Positions 1 to 11,700 of a DNA stretch of 64,000 bases are shown piece by piece. A program made the translations under genes and the position numbers. Origin of the DNA: an uncultured delta proteobacterium (GTDB taxonomy: Bacteria > Myxococcota_A > Polyangia > Fen-1088); the NCBI GenBank assembly GCA_963767925.1, contig CAVYGB010000002.1:384001-448000 (forward strand), written 5' to 3'. Under the pieces are notes generated by a model. The model made no database searches, was not told the origin of the DNA, and worked only from the letters and a program-made list of their open reading frames with translations. The number at the start of each line of letters is the position of its first letter. Position 1 is the first letter of the stretch.

Positions 1-639
1 CGGATCCTGGGCCCCGAAGGCCGTCGTGAGCTGCGGCTCGCTCCCGGGCAGCGCCGCGAAGGAGACGGCCAGCTTGCGGTAGTCGGCGACGTCGCAGCTC
101 GGCGGGTTGCCCGGGCAGGGCTGCGGGTTGTTCGGATCGAAGGGCATGCAGGTCAGGCCCGCCGGGCAGGGACAGGCCGGGGTGGGGCCGGGCGGGTTGA
201 AGGGCCCGACGCAGACCCCGGCGAAGCAGCGCGCCCCCACCGGGAAAAACTGCAGCCCGATGTTCAGCCCGGCCGACCCCGGGTCGCGCAGAAACCCGAG
301 CAGCCCCGCCCGCGCCAGGTCCCACTTCGATCCGGTGCCGCCCGCGACGGTCTTGGCCATCGAGGTGGAGACGTCGACGAGGAAGAGCAGGTCGACCGCG
401 GCGCGCTGGGCGGCATGGGCCTCGCCCGCGCAGGCCTCCCCCACCGCCACCGGCATCGGCGGAGCCGGCGGCGGCAGCACGAAGCCGGGCCCCGAGCCGG
501 GCCCGCCCGGGGGATCGCCGGCCCCACCTTGCCCGGCCGGCACCACCCCCGCCTTCTGGCAGGCGGCGGCGAGCAGGAGGAGGAGGGCCACGCCCGCCCG
601 ACCGTCGCGGCGGGAGGTCCCGGCCCAGGAGCTGTTCAT
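1..639 (-). CDS. vWA-domain lipoprotein, myxobacterial type (runs off the window edge)
   Basis: My translation (absent from the ORF track): MNSSWAG...ALLLLLAAAC lipobox, Gly/Pro linker, VDLLFLVDVSTSM (MIDAS DxSxS), SKWDLAR, IGLQFFP, Cys-rich insert, SCDVADY. GAGGT RBS upstream; no stop before base 1. Confidence 0.8.
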   Translation of the reverse strand, partial: MNSSWAGTSRRDGRAGVALLLLLAAACQKAGVVPAGQGGAGDPPGGPGSGPGFVLPPPAPPMPVAVGEACAGEAHAAQRAAVDLLFLVDVSTSMAKTVAGGTGSKWDLARAGLLGFLRDPGSAGLNIGLQFFPVGARCFAGVCVGPFNPPGPTPACPCPAGLTCMPFDPNNPQPCPGNPPSCDVADYRKLAVSFAALPGSEPQLTTAFGAQDP

Positions 640-806
640 GGCGGCTACCTCGCTTTGCTTCTTCGGGGAGGTTGGCGGAAGGGGCCGGACGCCCGGGCAC
701 GAAGGAGACGCCCCGGCCCTGCGAGCAGCTCACGGGGTGCGGCGGGAGCGGCCGATTCTTACGCCCGATGCGGCGAGCTGGGTGAGGGGCGCCCGGGCTG
801 GCAACC

Positions 807-867
807 GCCCCTCACCCTCACCCTCTCCCCACGGCCGCAGACGTCCGCGGGGAGAGGGCAAACAATC
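807..867. repeat. REP-like palindromic repeat, single arm
   Basis: CCCTCACCCTCACCCTCTCCCC...GGGGAGAGGGCAAACAATC; same family as copies at 21.3, 27.0, 34.7 and 61.7 kb. Confidence 0.7.
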
Positions 868-900
868 TCCTGGCCCCATCCATTCATTGGGCAAATACCG

Positions 901-1098
901 GGCAAGTCACTGGGTAATTACCGGTCAAGTCACTGGGTAATTACCTGGCAAGTCACTGGGTAATTACCTGGCCAAGTCACTGGGTGATTACCGGGCAAGT
1001 CACTGGGTGATTACCGGGCAAGTCACTGGGTGATTACCGGGCAAGTCACTGGGTGATTACCGGGCAAGTCACTGGGTGATTACCGGGCAAGTCACTGG
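901..1098. repeat. 23-bp tandem repeat (GGCAAGTCACTGGGTRATTACCG), 8 full copies plus 1 partial
   Basis: Units start at 901, 924, 947, 970 (24 bp), 994, 1017, 1040, 1063 and 1086 (partial). No spacers. Confidence 0.95.
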
Positions 1099-1127
1099 AA
1101 ATACTGGCAAGGCCACTCGTCTTGCGA

Positions 1128-1157
1128 ACAATTATCTTGTGCACAATTCAATTGTGC
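1128..1157. promoter_or_regulatory. OhrR-type operator (GCACAATT-C-AATTGTGC) with an adjacent weaker site
   Basis: Perfect inverted repeat at 1141-1157 resembling the OhrR box ACAATT-N-AATTGT, about 15 bp upstream of the ohrR start. ACAATTATCTTGT at 1128-1140. Confidence 0.75.
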
Positions 1158-1172
1158 GCTATCTATCTCCTC

Positions 1173-1702
1173 GTGAACGGCACTGACCTTCTCCGGCTGG
1201 ATGCTCAGCTCTGCTTTCTGCTCTACGCGACGACGCGGGCGGTCACGCAGGCTTACGCGCCGCTGCTGGCGCCGCTGGGGCTGACCTACCCGCAGTACCT
1301 GGTGATGCTGGTGCTCTGGGAGGAGGACGGGGTTGGCGGTAGCACGACGCTGGGGCACATCGGGGCGCGCCTCCGGCTCGACTCGGGGACCCTCACTCCG
1401 CTCATCAAGCGGATGGAGAGCGCCGGGCTGGTGGTCCGGGCCCGCAGGCGCGACGACGAGCGGGTGCTGACCGTCGGCCTCACCGAGGCGGGCCGCGGGC
1501 TGCGCGCCAAGGCCGAAGGGGTGCCGGTGCAGATGTTCTGCCAGGCCGGGCTGACCGCCTCCACCTTCGACCGCCTCGCCTCCGACCTGCGCCGGGTGCT
1601 CGAGGCCCTGCAGGGGCCGCGCGCGGACACCCCCACGGCCATCACCGCTTCTCGTCCCATCGACGACGACGACGACGACGACAACGGAAAGGAACCAACG
1701 AC

Positions 1703-1706
<4 letters not shown>
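1173..1706 (+). CDS. ohrR: MarR-family organic hydroperoxide resistance regulator
   Basis: LRLDAQLCFLLY (sensing Cys), LGLTYPQYLVMLVLWE, LDSGTLTPLIKRME, DER. Likely GTG start at 1173; overlaps ohr (ATGA). Confidence 0.92.
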
Positions 1707-2152
<446 letters not shown>

Positions 2153-2167
2153 CCGCCGGGTCGGACG

Positions 2168-3199
2168 TCAGAACGGCCAGTAGCAGATCTGCTGCTGGCC
2201 GGCGCTGGCGTCGGTGGCGTAGGGGGAAAAGCCGTGGCGCCGGTTCTCGTGCGTAGACGGCGCGGGCCTTGCGCTGGTTGCGACAGCTCGCCCACGTAGT
2301 CCTCGACCCCGATGAAGAAAGGGCGCCCGCCCGGCTGCAGCTTCATGGCCTGCCAGGCGCGCAGCTCGCCCAGGGCCTGGTTGTCCCGCTCGGGCGCGAA
2401 GACCGACTCGTGGGCGATGCCGTCGAGGAGCTGGGGCAGCGGACCGGAGCTCGGTGACGCCCAGCCGGGTGATGTCGCTGGTGGCGTTTTGCATGACGAT
2501 GAGGTGATCGGGGTAGGCCTGCCGCAGGGCCGCCATCAGCTCGAGCCCACCCTGCCGGCAGCGATCACCGCAGGGGCCGTTGTTGGTCTTGTCCCCGTGC
2601 TCGACGATCTCCATGTTGTCGAGGAAGAAGCCGTCGACCCCGGCCCGCACCAGGCGCAGGGCCACGTGATCGACGATCAGCTTGGCGTAGTCGGTATTGG
2701 ACGGGTCCATCCAGATCTCGTCCGGGTAGCCGGCGTAGCGCCCGCGCTGGGCCCGCAGGTTCTGCTTGCAGGGCACGAAGCCGGGCGGCGACCTTCGTGA
2801 AATATTCGCGGAAGGCCTCGCACGAGCCGACGTTCAGGTAGCTGATCACCCGGTTGCGCCCGCCCGCCTTCAGCTCGGCGAGCTCGCCGGGCGTCCAGGC
2901 CGCCACCCCGGGGTCGGCGTCGATGTTGATGATGCGGAAGCGCTCGCGCCACCCGCCTGAGCGGCCGGACCTTCCGCGCCGGACCCGTAGATACGAGACC
3001 CAGGGCCCCGTCGCCGGAAACCCCCGCCCCGGCCCCTTCGGCCCCCGCCGCCGCCGATCGCGCCAGCTGCCGCCTCCTCCGCCTTGGCCTCCGGCTTGAT
3101 CTCCGTCTTCCCCTCCGACGTTGTCTCAGCCTTGGTCTCAGCCTTGTCCTCCGCCCTCCGCTCGCGCGCTTCCCCTCCGACGCCGCACCGGCGGATCAT
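2168..3199 (-). CDS. GH114-like endo-alpha-1,4-polygalactosaminidase (several frameshifts; start uncertain)
   Basis: Fragments across frames: IINIDADP, RVISYLNVGSCE, YAGYPDEIWMDP, GVDGFFLDNME, IVMQNA, DGIAHESVF, IGVEDY, GFSPY. Lies downstream of pelG on the same strand. Confidence 0.75.
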
Positions 3200-3390
3200 T
3201 CGTGGCCACTGCCTACCCCCGGCAGGCGCCCGCGCCAACGGCTCGACTCCCAGCTCGCTCAGAATGAACAGAAGGGCTTCAGCGAACGTCCGCACTCTCG
3301 GCTCCCCAGTTCTGCCACTTTCCAGGTTCGAAGGCGGGCTCCGCCTGCCGGAGAGACCCGCCGCCGAAGTCGACGCCAATTCGGACCTTA

Positions 3391-3430
3391 CCTCGCCCTC
3401 TGTCCGGGGAGAGGGCCCGGGGGAGGGGGC
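3391..3430. repeat. Degenerate REP-like arm between pelG and the GH114 gene
   Basis: CCTCGCCCTCTGTCCGGGGAGAGGGCCCGGGGGAGGGGGC. Confidence 0.45.
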
Positions 3431-3457
3431 GCGGTCCGCCGCGCCCTCTTGCCCCGC

Positions 3458-4836
3458 TCAGACTTGCTGCATGAATGTGTCGCACTCGAGGCCTTCGAGG
3501 CGACGGGAGATGATGTTGAGGCCGGAGACGCTGGTGATGGCGGTGGCCAGGGCGAACCCATAGCCGTAAAACGCCGGGCCCAGCGACTGGGTCATCAGGG
3601 TCAGCATGAGGTTGGACGTGGCGAACAGGATGCTCAGCCACAAGCACCGCGCCCCGCTGGTCCAGATAGAACAGCACGTTGAACACCGCCAGCATCAGCA
3701 CCTGGGTGCCGACGCCCGCCAGGTCGACGAAGAACAGCTGCCGGTAGAGCGGCGAGATCCCCATGACGTCGAGGATGCGGGGGCCGATGAGGAACAGCAG
3801 CAGCAGGGTCACCCCCTGCACCTTGAAGATGTCGCCCATGCCCTGGCGGGCGGCGCTCGACAGCGTCCCCTTGAGGCGCTGGATGTTGACCAGCGAATCG
3901 CCGCTGCGGACCGCGCTGATAAAAGGCGTCGTAGCTCTCGGCGAAGTCGGTCTCGACCCGCACCAGGAACACGGCCATCCCGGGCACGATCGACAGGTAG
4001 GCCAGGAAGATCGGGATGTCGTAGATGATCGAGGCGCGCAGCGGCCCGATCACCGGGTCGGAGACCAGCGGGTTGGCCCAGAAGGCGAACTTGTCGACCC
4101 AGACGCCCAGGTTGTAGAAAAACCCGGTGAAGCGCCAGGCTGAGGTAGCTCGCGCCGGCCGAGGAAGTCGAACGACACCAGGATGGCGCCCGCGCGGGTA
4201 GCGCCGGATCACCGCCAGGAACAGCAGGAACAGCAGCACGATCTGCCCGACCAGGAAGCCGGTCAGCAGGCCGGCCAGCCCCCGGCTGCGAGCGCACAGC
4301 GCCCCGCCCACCGAGGTGCCGTAGCCGATGAGGAAGCCGACCAGCACGCTCCGGTAGGCCTTGAGCCCCGACAGCAACACGACCACCACCCACAGGTCGC
4401 ACAGGGTGACGAAGCCGATGATCATGAGGGCCCGGTAGCTGAGCGGCCAGCCCCTCGAACCCGTACCAGACCACCGCGAAGGAGAAGGACCCCGCCACCA
4501 GCGTGGTCAGGGCCAGCGCCCCGAACAGGTTGGGCAGCACCTTCGACTCTTCCTTGGCGAACAGCCGGTCGGCGATGAACCGGGTGAACATGAGCTGCAG
4601 AAAGCCGGTCAGGATCAGCGACCCGGCCATCAGGTAGGTGATCGACACCAGGAACTGGCGCAGGGCCAGCGACTGCACCCGGGTCACGCTGAGGATGCCC
4701 GATCGCCCATGACGCCCAGGATCGACAGCACCCAGGGGCCCGAGCTGATCATCCCCGCATAGCCATACGCGCGCAGCAGCCCCCAGAAGCTGTTCGCGCG
4801 CATCAGCCTACGAAGCTCGAACCCGATTCCTGCCAC
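3458..4836 (-). CDS. pelG: Pel exopolysaccharide transporter PelG (frameshifted)
   Basis: VAGIGFELRRL, YGYAGMISSGPWVLSI, FTRFIADRLF, FYNLGVWVDKF, YDIPIFLAYLSIVPGMAVFLVRVETDF, FYGYGF, ending TFMQQV. Confidence 0.92.
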
Positions 4837-6420
4837 CGGCAGCCTCCAGCGCGGTCCCGTAAACGCCACGGTAGGCGGCGAACATCTGATCGCGGGTGTA
4901 AAAACGCTGCACGCGCTCGAGCCCGGCGGCGCGGGCCCGGCCCCAGGTGACCGGGTCACGCAGCAGGGCCACGATGGCCGATGCGGTCTGCTCGGGCGCG
5001 GCGATCGGCACCACGCTGCCGGCGGGCCCCAGGGCCCGGTCCTCCGGCAGGCGCCCCTCGATCAGCTCGCGGCAGGAGCCCACGTCGGTGGCCACCACCG
5101 GCACGCCGCTGGCGAAGCTCTCGAGGATGACCAGGGGCAGGGCCTCGCTGATCGAGGTCAGCACGGTGAGGCCCAGCTTGGGGAAGATCTCGTCGGGCTT
5201 CTGGAAGCCGAGGAACTTCACCTTGCCCCCCAGGCCCAGCGCTGCCCACCAGCTCGTGGCACTCGCGGGCGTAGTCCCGGTCCTCGTCCTCCGGTCCCAC
5301 GATCCAGGCCTCCGCCTCGGGCATGGCCGCCACCACCGTGCGCATGGCCCGGATGAAGCCGCGCACGTCCTTGATCGGCACCACCCGCCCGATCAGGCCG
5401 ATCACCGGCGGCGGACCCGGTCGCCCTCCCGGCGGGGGGCCGGCGGAGAAGCGCTCGAGGTCGATGCCGTTGGGGATCACCCGGGTGCGGCCTCGGTCGG
5501 CGCCGTCGCTGATCTGGCGGTGCCCGGTTGCCCTCGTAGAGCGCGATGATGGGATCGGCGGCGGCGTAGGCCAGCCGGCCGATGCTCTCGAAGAAGCGGA
5601 GCCACAGCCGGCGCACGTAGGTGCGGTCCTCCTCGAGGCCGCTGCGCAGCTCCTCGGCGGCGTCCTTGATCCAGTCGGCGTGGGCCAGGTCGATCTTGCG
5701 TTCCTTGGTGTAGATGCCGTGTTCGGTGAGCACGTAGGGGCACTGGCGCCGGTGCTGCAGCAGCGAGCCCAGGAAGCCGGCGTACCCGGTCGAGACCGAG
5801 TGCAGCACCTTGAAGGGCGGCATCCGGGCGGCGATCTCGGCCATCTTGAACAGCGGGCCGTGCATCGTGCGCACGGTCCAGAAGTAGTCGACGAAGGAGG
5901 GTGAGGTGCAGAAGCGGTGGTAAGAGGCGCAGATCTGGTGCCAGGTCTCGTCGCTGTGCAGGAAGTCGCGCCAGCCGATGCCGTCGGGCGGTCTCGATCT
6001 CCGCCACCGCCGCCCGGATGCCGTCCGAGATGGCCCGCCCCCGGATCGCGGAGCTCGTCGTGCAGGCGGGCGAGCTGCTCGAAGCTCTGGACCTTGCTCT
6101 TGCGCGAGCTGCCCCTCCGGCGGGGCGAGGGCTGCTCGGCCAGGTAGTGGGTCTCGACGTGCACCAGGTTGGGGGGCAGCGTGTAGCGGATGGGCGAGTA
6201 GTCCTCGGGCGACGATCCGATGAACACGACGCCGAAGGTCAGCTCGGGCAGGCCGGAGATGATCTCGTGCACCCAGCTCGACACGCCGCCCGCTGACGAA
6301 GGGGTAGGTCCCCTCGAGCAGCAGGCCGACGTCGGCCCCCTCCCCGGCCGGCAGCCGGGGCAAGGTGGCGACCAGCTTCTTGCTGCCGGTTCTGGTGAGG
6401 CTCTTGATGGAAGGTTTCAC
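4808..6420 (-). CDS. pelF: GT4 glycosyltransferase PelF (frameshifted)
   Basis: LLLEGTYPFVSGG, SSWVHEII, SFVDYFWTVR, HSVSTGYAGFLG, LTEHGIYTKER, IPNGID, GRVVPIKD, LTSISEALPLVILE, TDVGSCRE. GTG start overlaps the pelE stop. Confidence 0.93.
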
Positions 6421-7421
6421 GACCACTGCTCCACGATGGGGGCCAGGCCGGGCCGCAGGCGGGCCGACCGGGCGAACACGGCCACCTGCCGGCGGACCTC
6501 GAGCGGGCGCGCGCTCGAGGTAGTCGGCCTCGGCCAGGTAGGGGCCGACCACCTCGATGGGCAGGCCCCGGCGCACCGACTCCTCCAGCATGGCCCGCGC
6601 CTCCTCGGGCCGGCCCAGCATCAGCAGCGCCCGCCCGGCCAGCAGCGCCATGCGCGGGCTGCCGTTCTTGTTCCGCCGGACCTCCGAGGAGTGCCAGAGC
6701 ACCTGATCGAGCGAGAAGGCCAGCAGCTCGCCCTCGACGAGGCCGCCGTAGACCAGCTCCCAGTACAGCTCGGCCAGGCGGCCGTGGGTGGTCGGCGGCA
6801 GGCGCGGGCGCTGCTGCCCCTCGCCGCCCGCGGTGCCGAGCAGCTCCTGGATCTGGGTCTGGATGTCGCGCTCCTTGCGCTCGAGGACGGCGTAGGCCAG
6901 CAGGCGCACGTCGTCGACCGGGTCGCGCAGGGCCAGGCGCAGGAGGTGCATCGCCGACCGCTCGGGCAGGCTGCGGCAGGCCAGCACCACCCGCAGGCGG
7001 CTCTCCGGATCGGGGCTGTGGCGCAAGATCCCCTCGAGCGAGCCAGGGCCGTAGCGCCGGTCGAGCTCGGTGTTGAGGGGGTTGCCGGGCAGGCTGGGGG
7101 GCATCGGTCTCGCGCAGCCCCGCCCGCTTGCGCTCGATCGGGCTGCGGGCGCGCACGGCCAGCATGGCGGCCAGCCCGGGCAGCCCGAACACCGGGAAGA
7201 AGGTGGCGAACCCCCCGATCAAGCATGGCGTCGGGGAAACGCGGCCGCCGGCCCTGGGGAGTCACGGCGAAGACCAGGGCGGCGGCGCCGCCGAGGGCGC
7301 CCAGCAGGTACAGGCCCACCGCCGTGTTGGGCACCTCGACGGCCCCCACCCCGAGGATCACCGCCTCGAGCTGGACGACCGCCGCCGCCAGCACGACGAA
7401 CCCGACCAGGAAAGATCTCAT
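6417..7421 (-). CDS. pelE: PelE (membrane protein with HEAT/TPR-like repeats; frameshifted)
   Basis: N-terminal TM segments, FFPVFGLPG, YGPGSLEGIL, LRLALRDPVDDVRLLAYAVL, LAELYWELVYGGLVEGEL, PYLAE. Confidence 0.85.
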
Positions 7422-8794
7422 GCCGAGGGCGCGGGTCTGCTTGGGTTTGGCCAGCAGCTTGAGCTGGGTCAAGGCGGTGTCGCTGGCCGAGTCCTGGAGG
7501 TCGACCGCCTGCAAGAGCCGGATCCCCCGCTCGCTCAGCGAGACGCGCAGCTTGGTCTGCACCGCCTTGTCGAGCCGCTTGAGGTAGGACTCCGCCCCCT
7601 TGCCGTCGGTGAGGGGCAGCAGCACGAACAGCCGCAGGCCGCCGTCGGGGGCCAGGGCCAGGCAGGCCTCGTCGATCCCCCGCCGCTCCTCCAGCACCCG
7701 GGGCAGGAGCTCGCTGGCCCGGGCGGCGTTGCTGACCGAGAAGACAACCAGGCTGGCGGGCACGCCGTGGCGGCGGGCGTCCACCAGGCAGCGGCGCACC
7801 CGCTGCTCGAACCGCTGGGTCGAGCGCGGGTCGTAGCTCTTGACGGTGGCCCCGAACTCCAGCGTGTCGGCCAGGGCCCCGGCCATCAGGGCGAACAGGC
7901 TCAGGTTCTCCGGGGTGAAGGCGTAAAAGGGCAGCTCCTGGATGGCGAGGATGGCCCACACCCGGCCGTCGACGTCGACCAGGGGGACCGCCGCCGCCAG
8001 GCTGGTCGTCATCTCGCCGATGGCCTCGCTGCCGTCGCGGCCCATGTGGGCCAGGCTGGCCACCCGCCGCGACTTCAGGGCGGCGCCCACCAGCGGGTCG
8101 GAGGCGATGCGGTCGGAGACCCGCCCCAGGGTGGCGCAGGGGGGCTCGACGCCCCCGGCTGGTCACCGGCAGCAGGGCGGCGGTCTGCACCTGGCCGAAG
8201 GCCTGGAACACCTCGAGCACGAAGGGGGCCCGCGTCTGCAGGGCCGAGTCGGACCCCGGGCGCGCGCAGCAACTCCGCCCGCAGGGTCGAGATGGCCGTG
8301 CGCAGGTTGCCGCGGGCGGCGGCGCTGCGCTCCTCGAGCCCGTCGTGCGAGACCTTGAGGAGCTGGTAGTTGCGGGCGAACTCGTCGAAGCGTTGCCGCT
8401 GGTGGGTGTAAAGGCCGGCGATGCGCCGGGCCTGGGTGGCCCACAGGTGGGCGAACTGCCCGGCCAGCATGCCGGTCAGCAGGAGGGCGGCGATGAGCTG
8501 GGCGGGCGGGAAGGTGCCCGGCACCGGCAGCACCTGCGTGCGCCAGGCCCACAGCAGGGCGAAGGAGAGGGCGGCCGCGCAGCCGAACCCGGCCATGAAG
8601 CCGTGGCGCAGTCCCGCCAGCATCGGCGCCAGCAGCGACCAGGAGACCGAGGACTGAACGAAGAAGGGATCGACCGCGTTGGTCCAGCGGCCCAGCAACG
8701 GAACGGCGGCGCACAGGAGCAGCGACTCGAGCGCCATCACCCAGGGCTGGACCGGGCGTACGCGTTCGACGAGGTCGTCTTCGTTCCGTCTCAT
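7418..8794 (-). CDS. pelD: c-di-GMP receptor PelD (4 TM + GAF + degenerate GGDEF; frameshifted)
   Basis: DPFF, LAPMLAGLRHG, FARNYQLLKVSHDGLEER, GAF region (VPLVDVDGRVWAILAIQELPF), I-site RGID, VLLPLTD. ATG overlaps the pelB stop. Confidence 0.9.
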
Positions 8795-11700
8795 CTGAAC
8801 CACCTAAGCGTGTAATTGAGATTCGCGCCCGCGTAGCGCTCCCCGGCGGCACTGCGGAGGTCGGTGTAGTAGAAACCGGTGAGCGCGAGTTCCTGGTGTT
8901 GCGCAAAAACCAGACCGAGCCCGGCGTGCACGGCATACGAGGCCTTGCGAGCCGGCCACATGTGCCCGGCCCAGCCGTCGAGATAATACCTCAAGGACAC
9001 GTGTGGACCGCGGGCATCCCCGACATCTCCATGGGTCGACCCGATGGAGAGGCCGACGCCGACATTCGAATATTCGAGCGCGAGCAGGTCGTCCGGATCC
9101 TCCCGTTGCGTCAAATAGGGCATCAGATCGTTGGGGATGCCCGGGCCCACCGGCGGCACCGAGTTGACGAAGGCGTCGGCGCGCGGGCGGATGAAGGCGC
9201 TGCCCACCGGCAGCCGGAAGGCGACCGCGCCCCGGGTCGCCAGCTCCGAGGTCAGGAAGTTGCGTGAGCGGGTGGAGAAGCGGGCCCAGGTCCCACCGAC
9301 CTCCAGCTCGAAGCGGCGGCCCAGGCCCAGGGTCATGTCGAGGTCGAGGCCGTCGCGCACCCCCGCCACCCGCAGCAGCGGCGTGTGGTTGGGGATGTCG
9401 TTGAAGGCGGCCTGGCCGCGCAGCTCGAAGCGCCCGTCGCGCATGCTGATGAGCTGCTCGAGCTCGGCGTAGGGGCGGTAGCCGTCGGGCAGGAACTCGG
9501 CCCCCGCCCGCAAGGTTGTCTCGCCGATGCGCTCGCGCAGCTTGGCGCTGGCTCGCATCCGCTGCTCGCGGCGGCCCCGGCTCAGCAGCTTGTCGTCGGG
9601 GGGCAAGGCCCACAGCTCGGTGGCCCCCGCCTCGAACCCGAACAGCAGGGCACCCGCCCGCAGCTCCAGCCGGGCGCCGGCGGCGCGCACCTCGAGCGGC
9701 CCCATCTGATCGACGCCCCCCCAGAACCAGGCCCCTGACAGGTGCTGCTCGCGCAGGTCGCGCACGTCGCTCACCAGGGCGGCGGCGTCCTCGGAGGCGA
9801 TCAGGTTCTCGTCGCGGGTCAGGCCCGCCGACTCGAGCAGACGCCAGGCGTCCCAGTCTCGCCCCAGCTCGCGCAGGGCGGCCACCCGCATCGGCAGGGA
9901 GATGGCCCGGCCGTAGGCGGTGAGGCGGGCCTCGACCGCGGCCAGGTCCCGCCGCTCGATGGCCTCCTCGAGCTGCTCGTCGGGGGTCAGGGGGCGGCCG
10001 CTGGCGGCCCGCTCGCGGGCCCGGGCCTCGCGCATCAGGGCCCGGAAGCGCGCGGACTTGGGCGCGTCGCCGATCAGGGCGTAGGCGTCGGCCAGCAGCC
10101 ACCAGGTCTCCTCGTTGCGCTCGACCTCGGGGCCCCAGGCGTCGAGGGCCCGCTTGGCCATGCCCCGGTCCTGCACGTGCACCGACAGGGTCAGCCACTC
10201 GCTGAGCGCGTCTTCGGCCCGGGGGTCGACCCTCACCACCCGCATGAAGTCGCGCTCGGCGTCGGCGGCCCGGTTCTCGTGGGCGGCGAGCTGGGCCTTC
10301 TGGAACCAGAAGTTGCTCTCCTGGGCGAACGACTCTTCCTTGCCCTTGACCTTGTCGAACAGGGCCCGGGCCTTGGCCCGGTTGCCCGACTTGAGCGCCA
10401 GGTCGACCGCGACGACGAGGAAGTTGACCTGACCGGTGCGCTCGTAGGCCTCGGCCGCGATGTTGACCGCCTCGGCCCGGCGGTTGCTGCCGTCGAGCGA
10501 GCGGACCAGGCGCTCGCCGATGTCCTCGCGCTTCTGGGTCCGCCAGAGGGCGGTGTAGGCCTCGGCGGCCAGCACGTGCTCCTCCAGGCGCCAGGCCAGA
10601 TCGCCGAGCAGCAGGAAGTAGCCCCGGTCGGTCTCGCGGGCCTGCCCGCGCAGGGCCACCAGCCGGGTCAGGGCCGCCTCGGGGCGCTGCAGGCGCCACA
10701 GGAGCTGGGCCTGCCGGACGCTGTCGTCGAGGGTCATGGCCTTGAGGCGGCTGAGCTGCTCGTGGCAGGCCAGCGCCCGCTCGAGCTCGTTCGTGTTCTC
10801 GTACAGGCGGGCCAGGCGGCTCCAGTATTCGGGCCGCTCGGCGAAGTTGAAGCGCAGCGAATCGAGGGCCTGGATGGCCCGCTCGGGCAGGCCCTTGACC
10901 TCGAGGGCGTCGGCGAGGGCGACCAGCTCGACGAGCTGCTGGTCGGCGGCGGCCGAGGCGCGCGAGGACTGCACCTGGGCCAGGGCGCGGACCGGCCGCC
11001 GGCGCGGCAGGGGCGCGCCGAGCACCCCCGCGCTGGCGCGGGCGGCGCGCGCGGTGGCGCGGGCGTGGCGCAGCGGGGCCCGGCAGGCGCCCGGGGCGTG
11101 ACCCGGGTGGCGGGCGCAGGTGGCGGCGGTGCGCGGGAGGGCGGCGGCCGCGCGCGGCGGCCGGCGCACCCGCCCGAGATCGTCGGCCGGCCGGCGCCGG
11201 GAGGGGACCCCGCCGCCGGGCAGCGCGCGCGGGCGCAGGGGCGGGGCGCTCTCGATGCGCCGGGGGGGCGGCACGCCGTCCAGCGAGGGGGCGTTCATGG
11301 CAGGGGCGGACATGCGGCGGACCCGCCGCAGGCTCAGCTCCAGCATCTCGATCTCGCGGTTGCTGTCGGACAGCGCGCGCGACAGCTCGAGCGCCTTGAG
11401 CCGCGCGTCCTCGGCGCCCCGCTGGGCCAGCCAGGACCAATGTTTGAGCGACTCCTCCGGCTCGCCCGACCAGCGGGCGAGCTGGGCGGTCTGCCGGCGC
11501 AGGGCCGAGTCGTCGGGGTAGCGCTCGAGCAGGAGCTTGGCCATCCGCAGGGCGCCCTCGGGATCGCCAGCTTTGAGGAGGATGTCGGACTGCTGGCGCA
11601 GGGCCTCGTCGCTCGATCCAGCCGCCACAACCCGCTGCTCGCCCCAGCGGCGGGCGCTGCCGAGATCGCCGCCCGCCACCGCCATGCGGATCGCCAGCCC

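Noticed and set aside
901..1098. CRISPR array
   Set aside because: Units are head-to-tail with no unique spacers, and there are no cas genes in the window.
5218..8090. PelD-PelE and PelE-PelF fusion ORFs in the track
   Set aside because: ATGA/GTGA overlaps exist at 7418-7421 and 6417-6420; the apparent fusions arise from nearby indels.
10980..11320. Arg/Pro/Ala-rich segment in PelB as a novel domain replacing PelC
   Set aside because: Low complexity and possibly a locally shifted frame from compensating indels; cannot be supported without reads.
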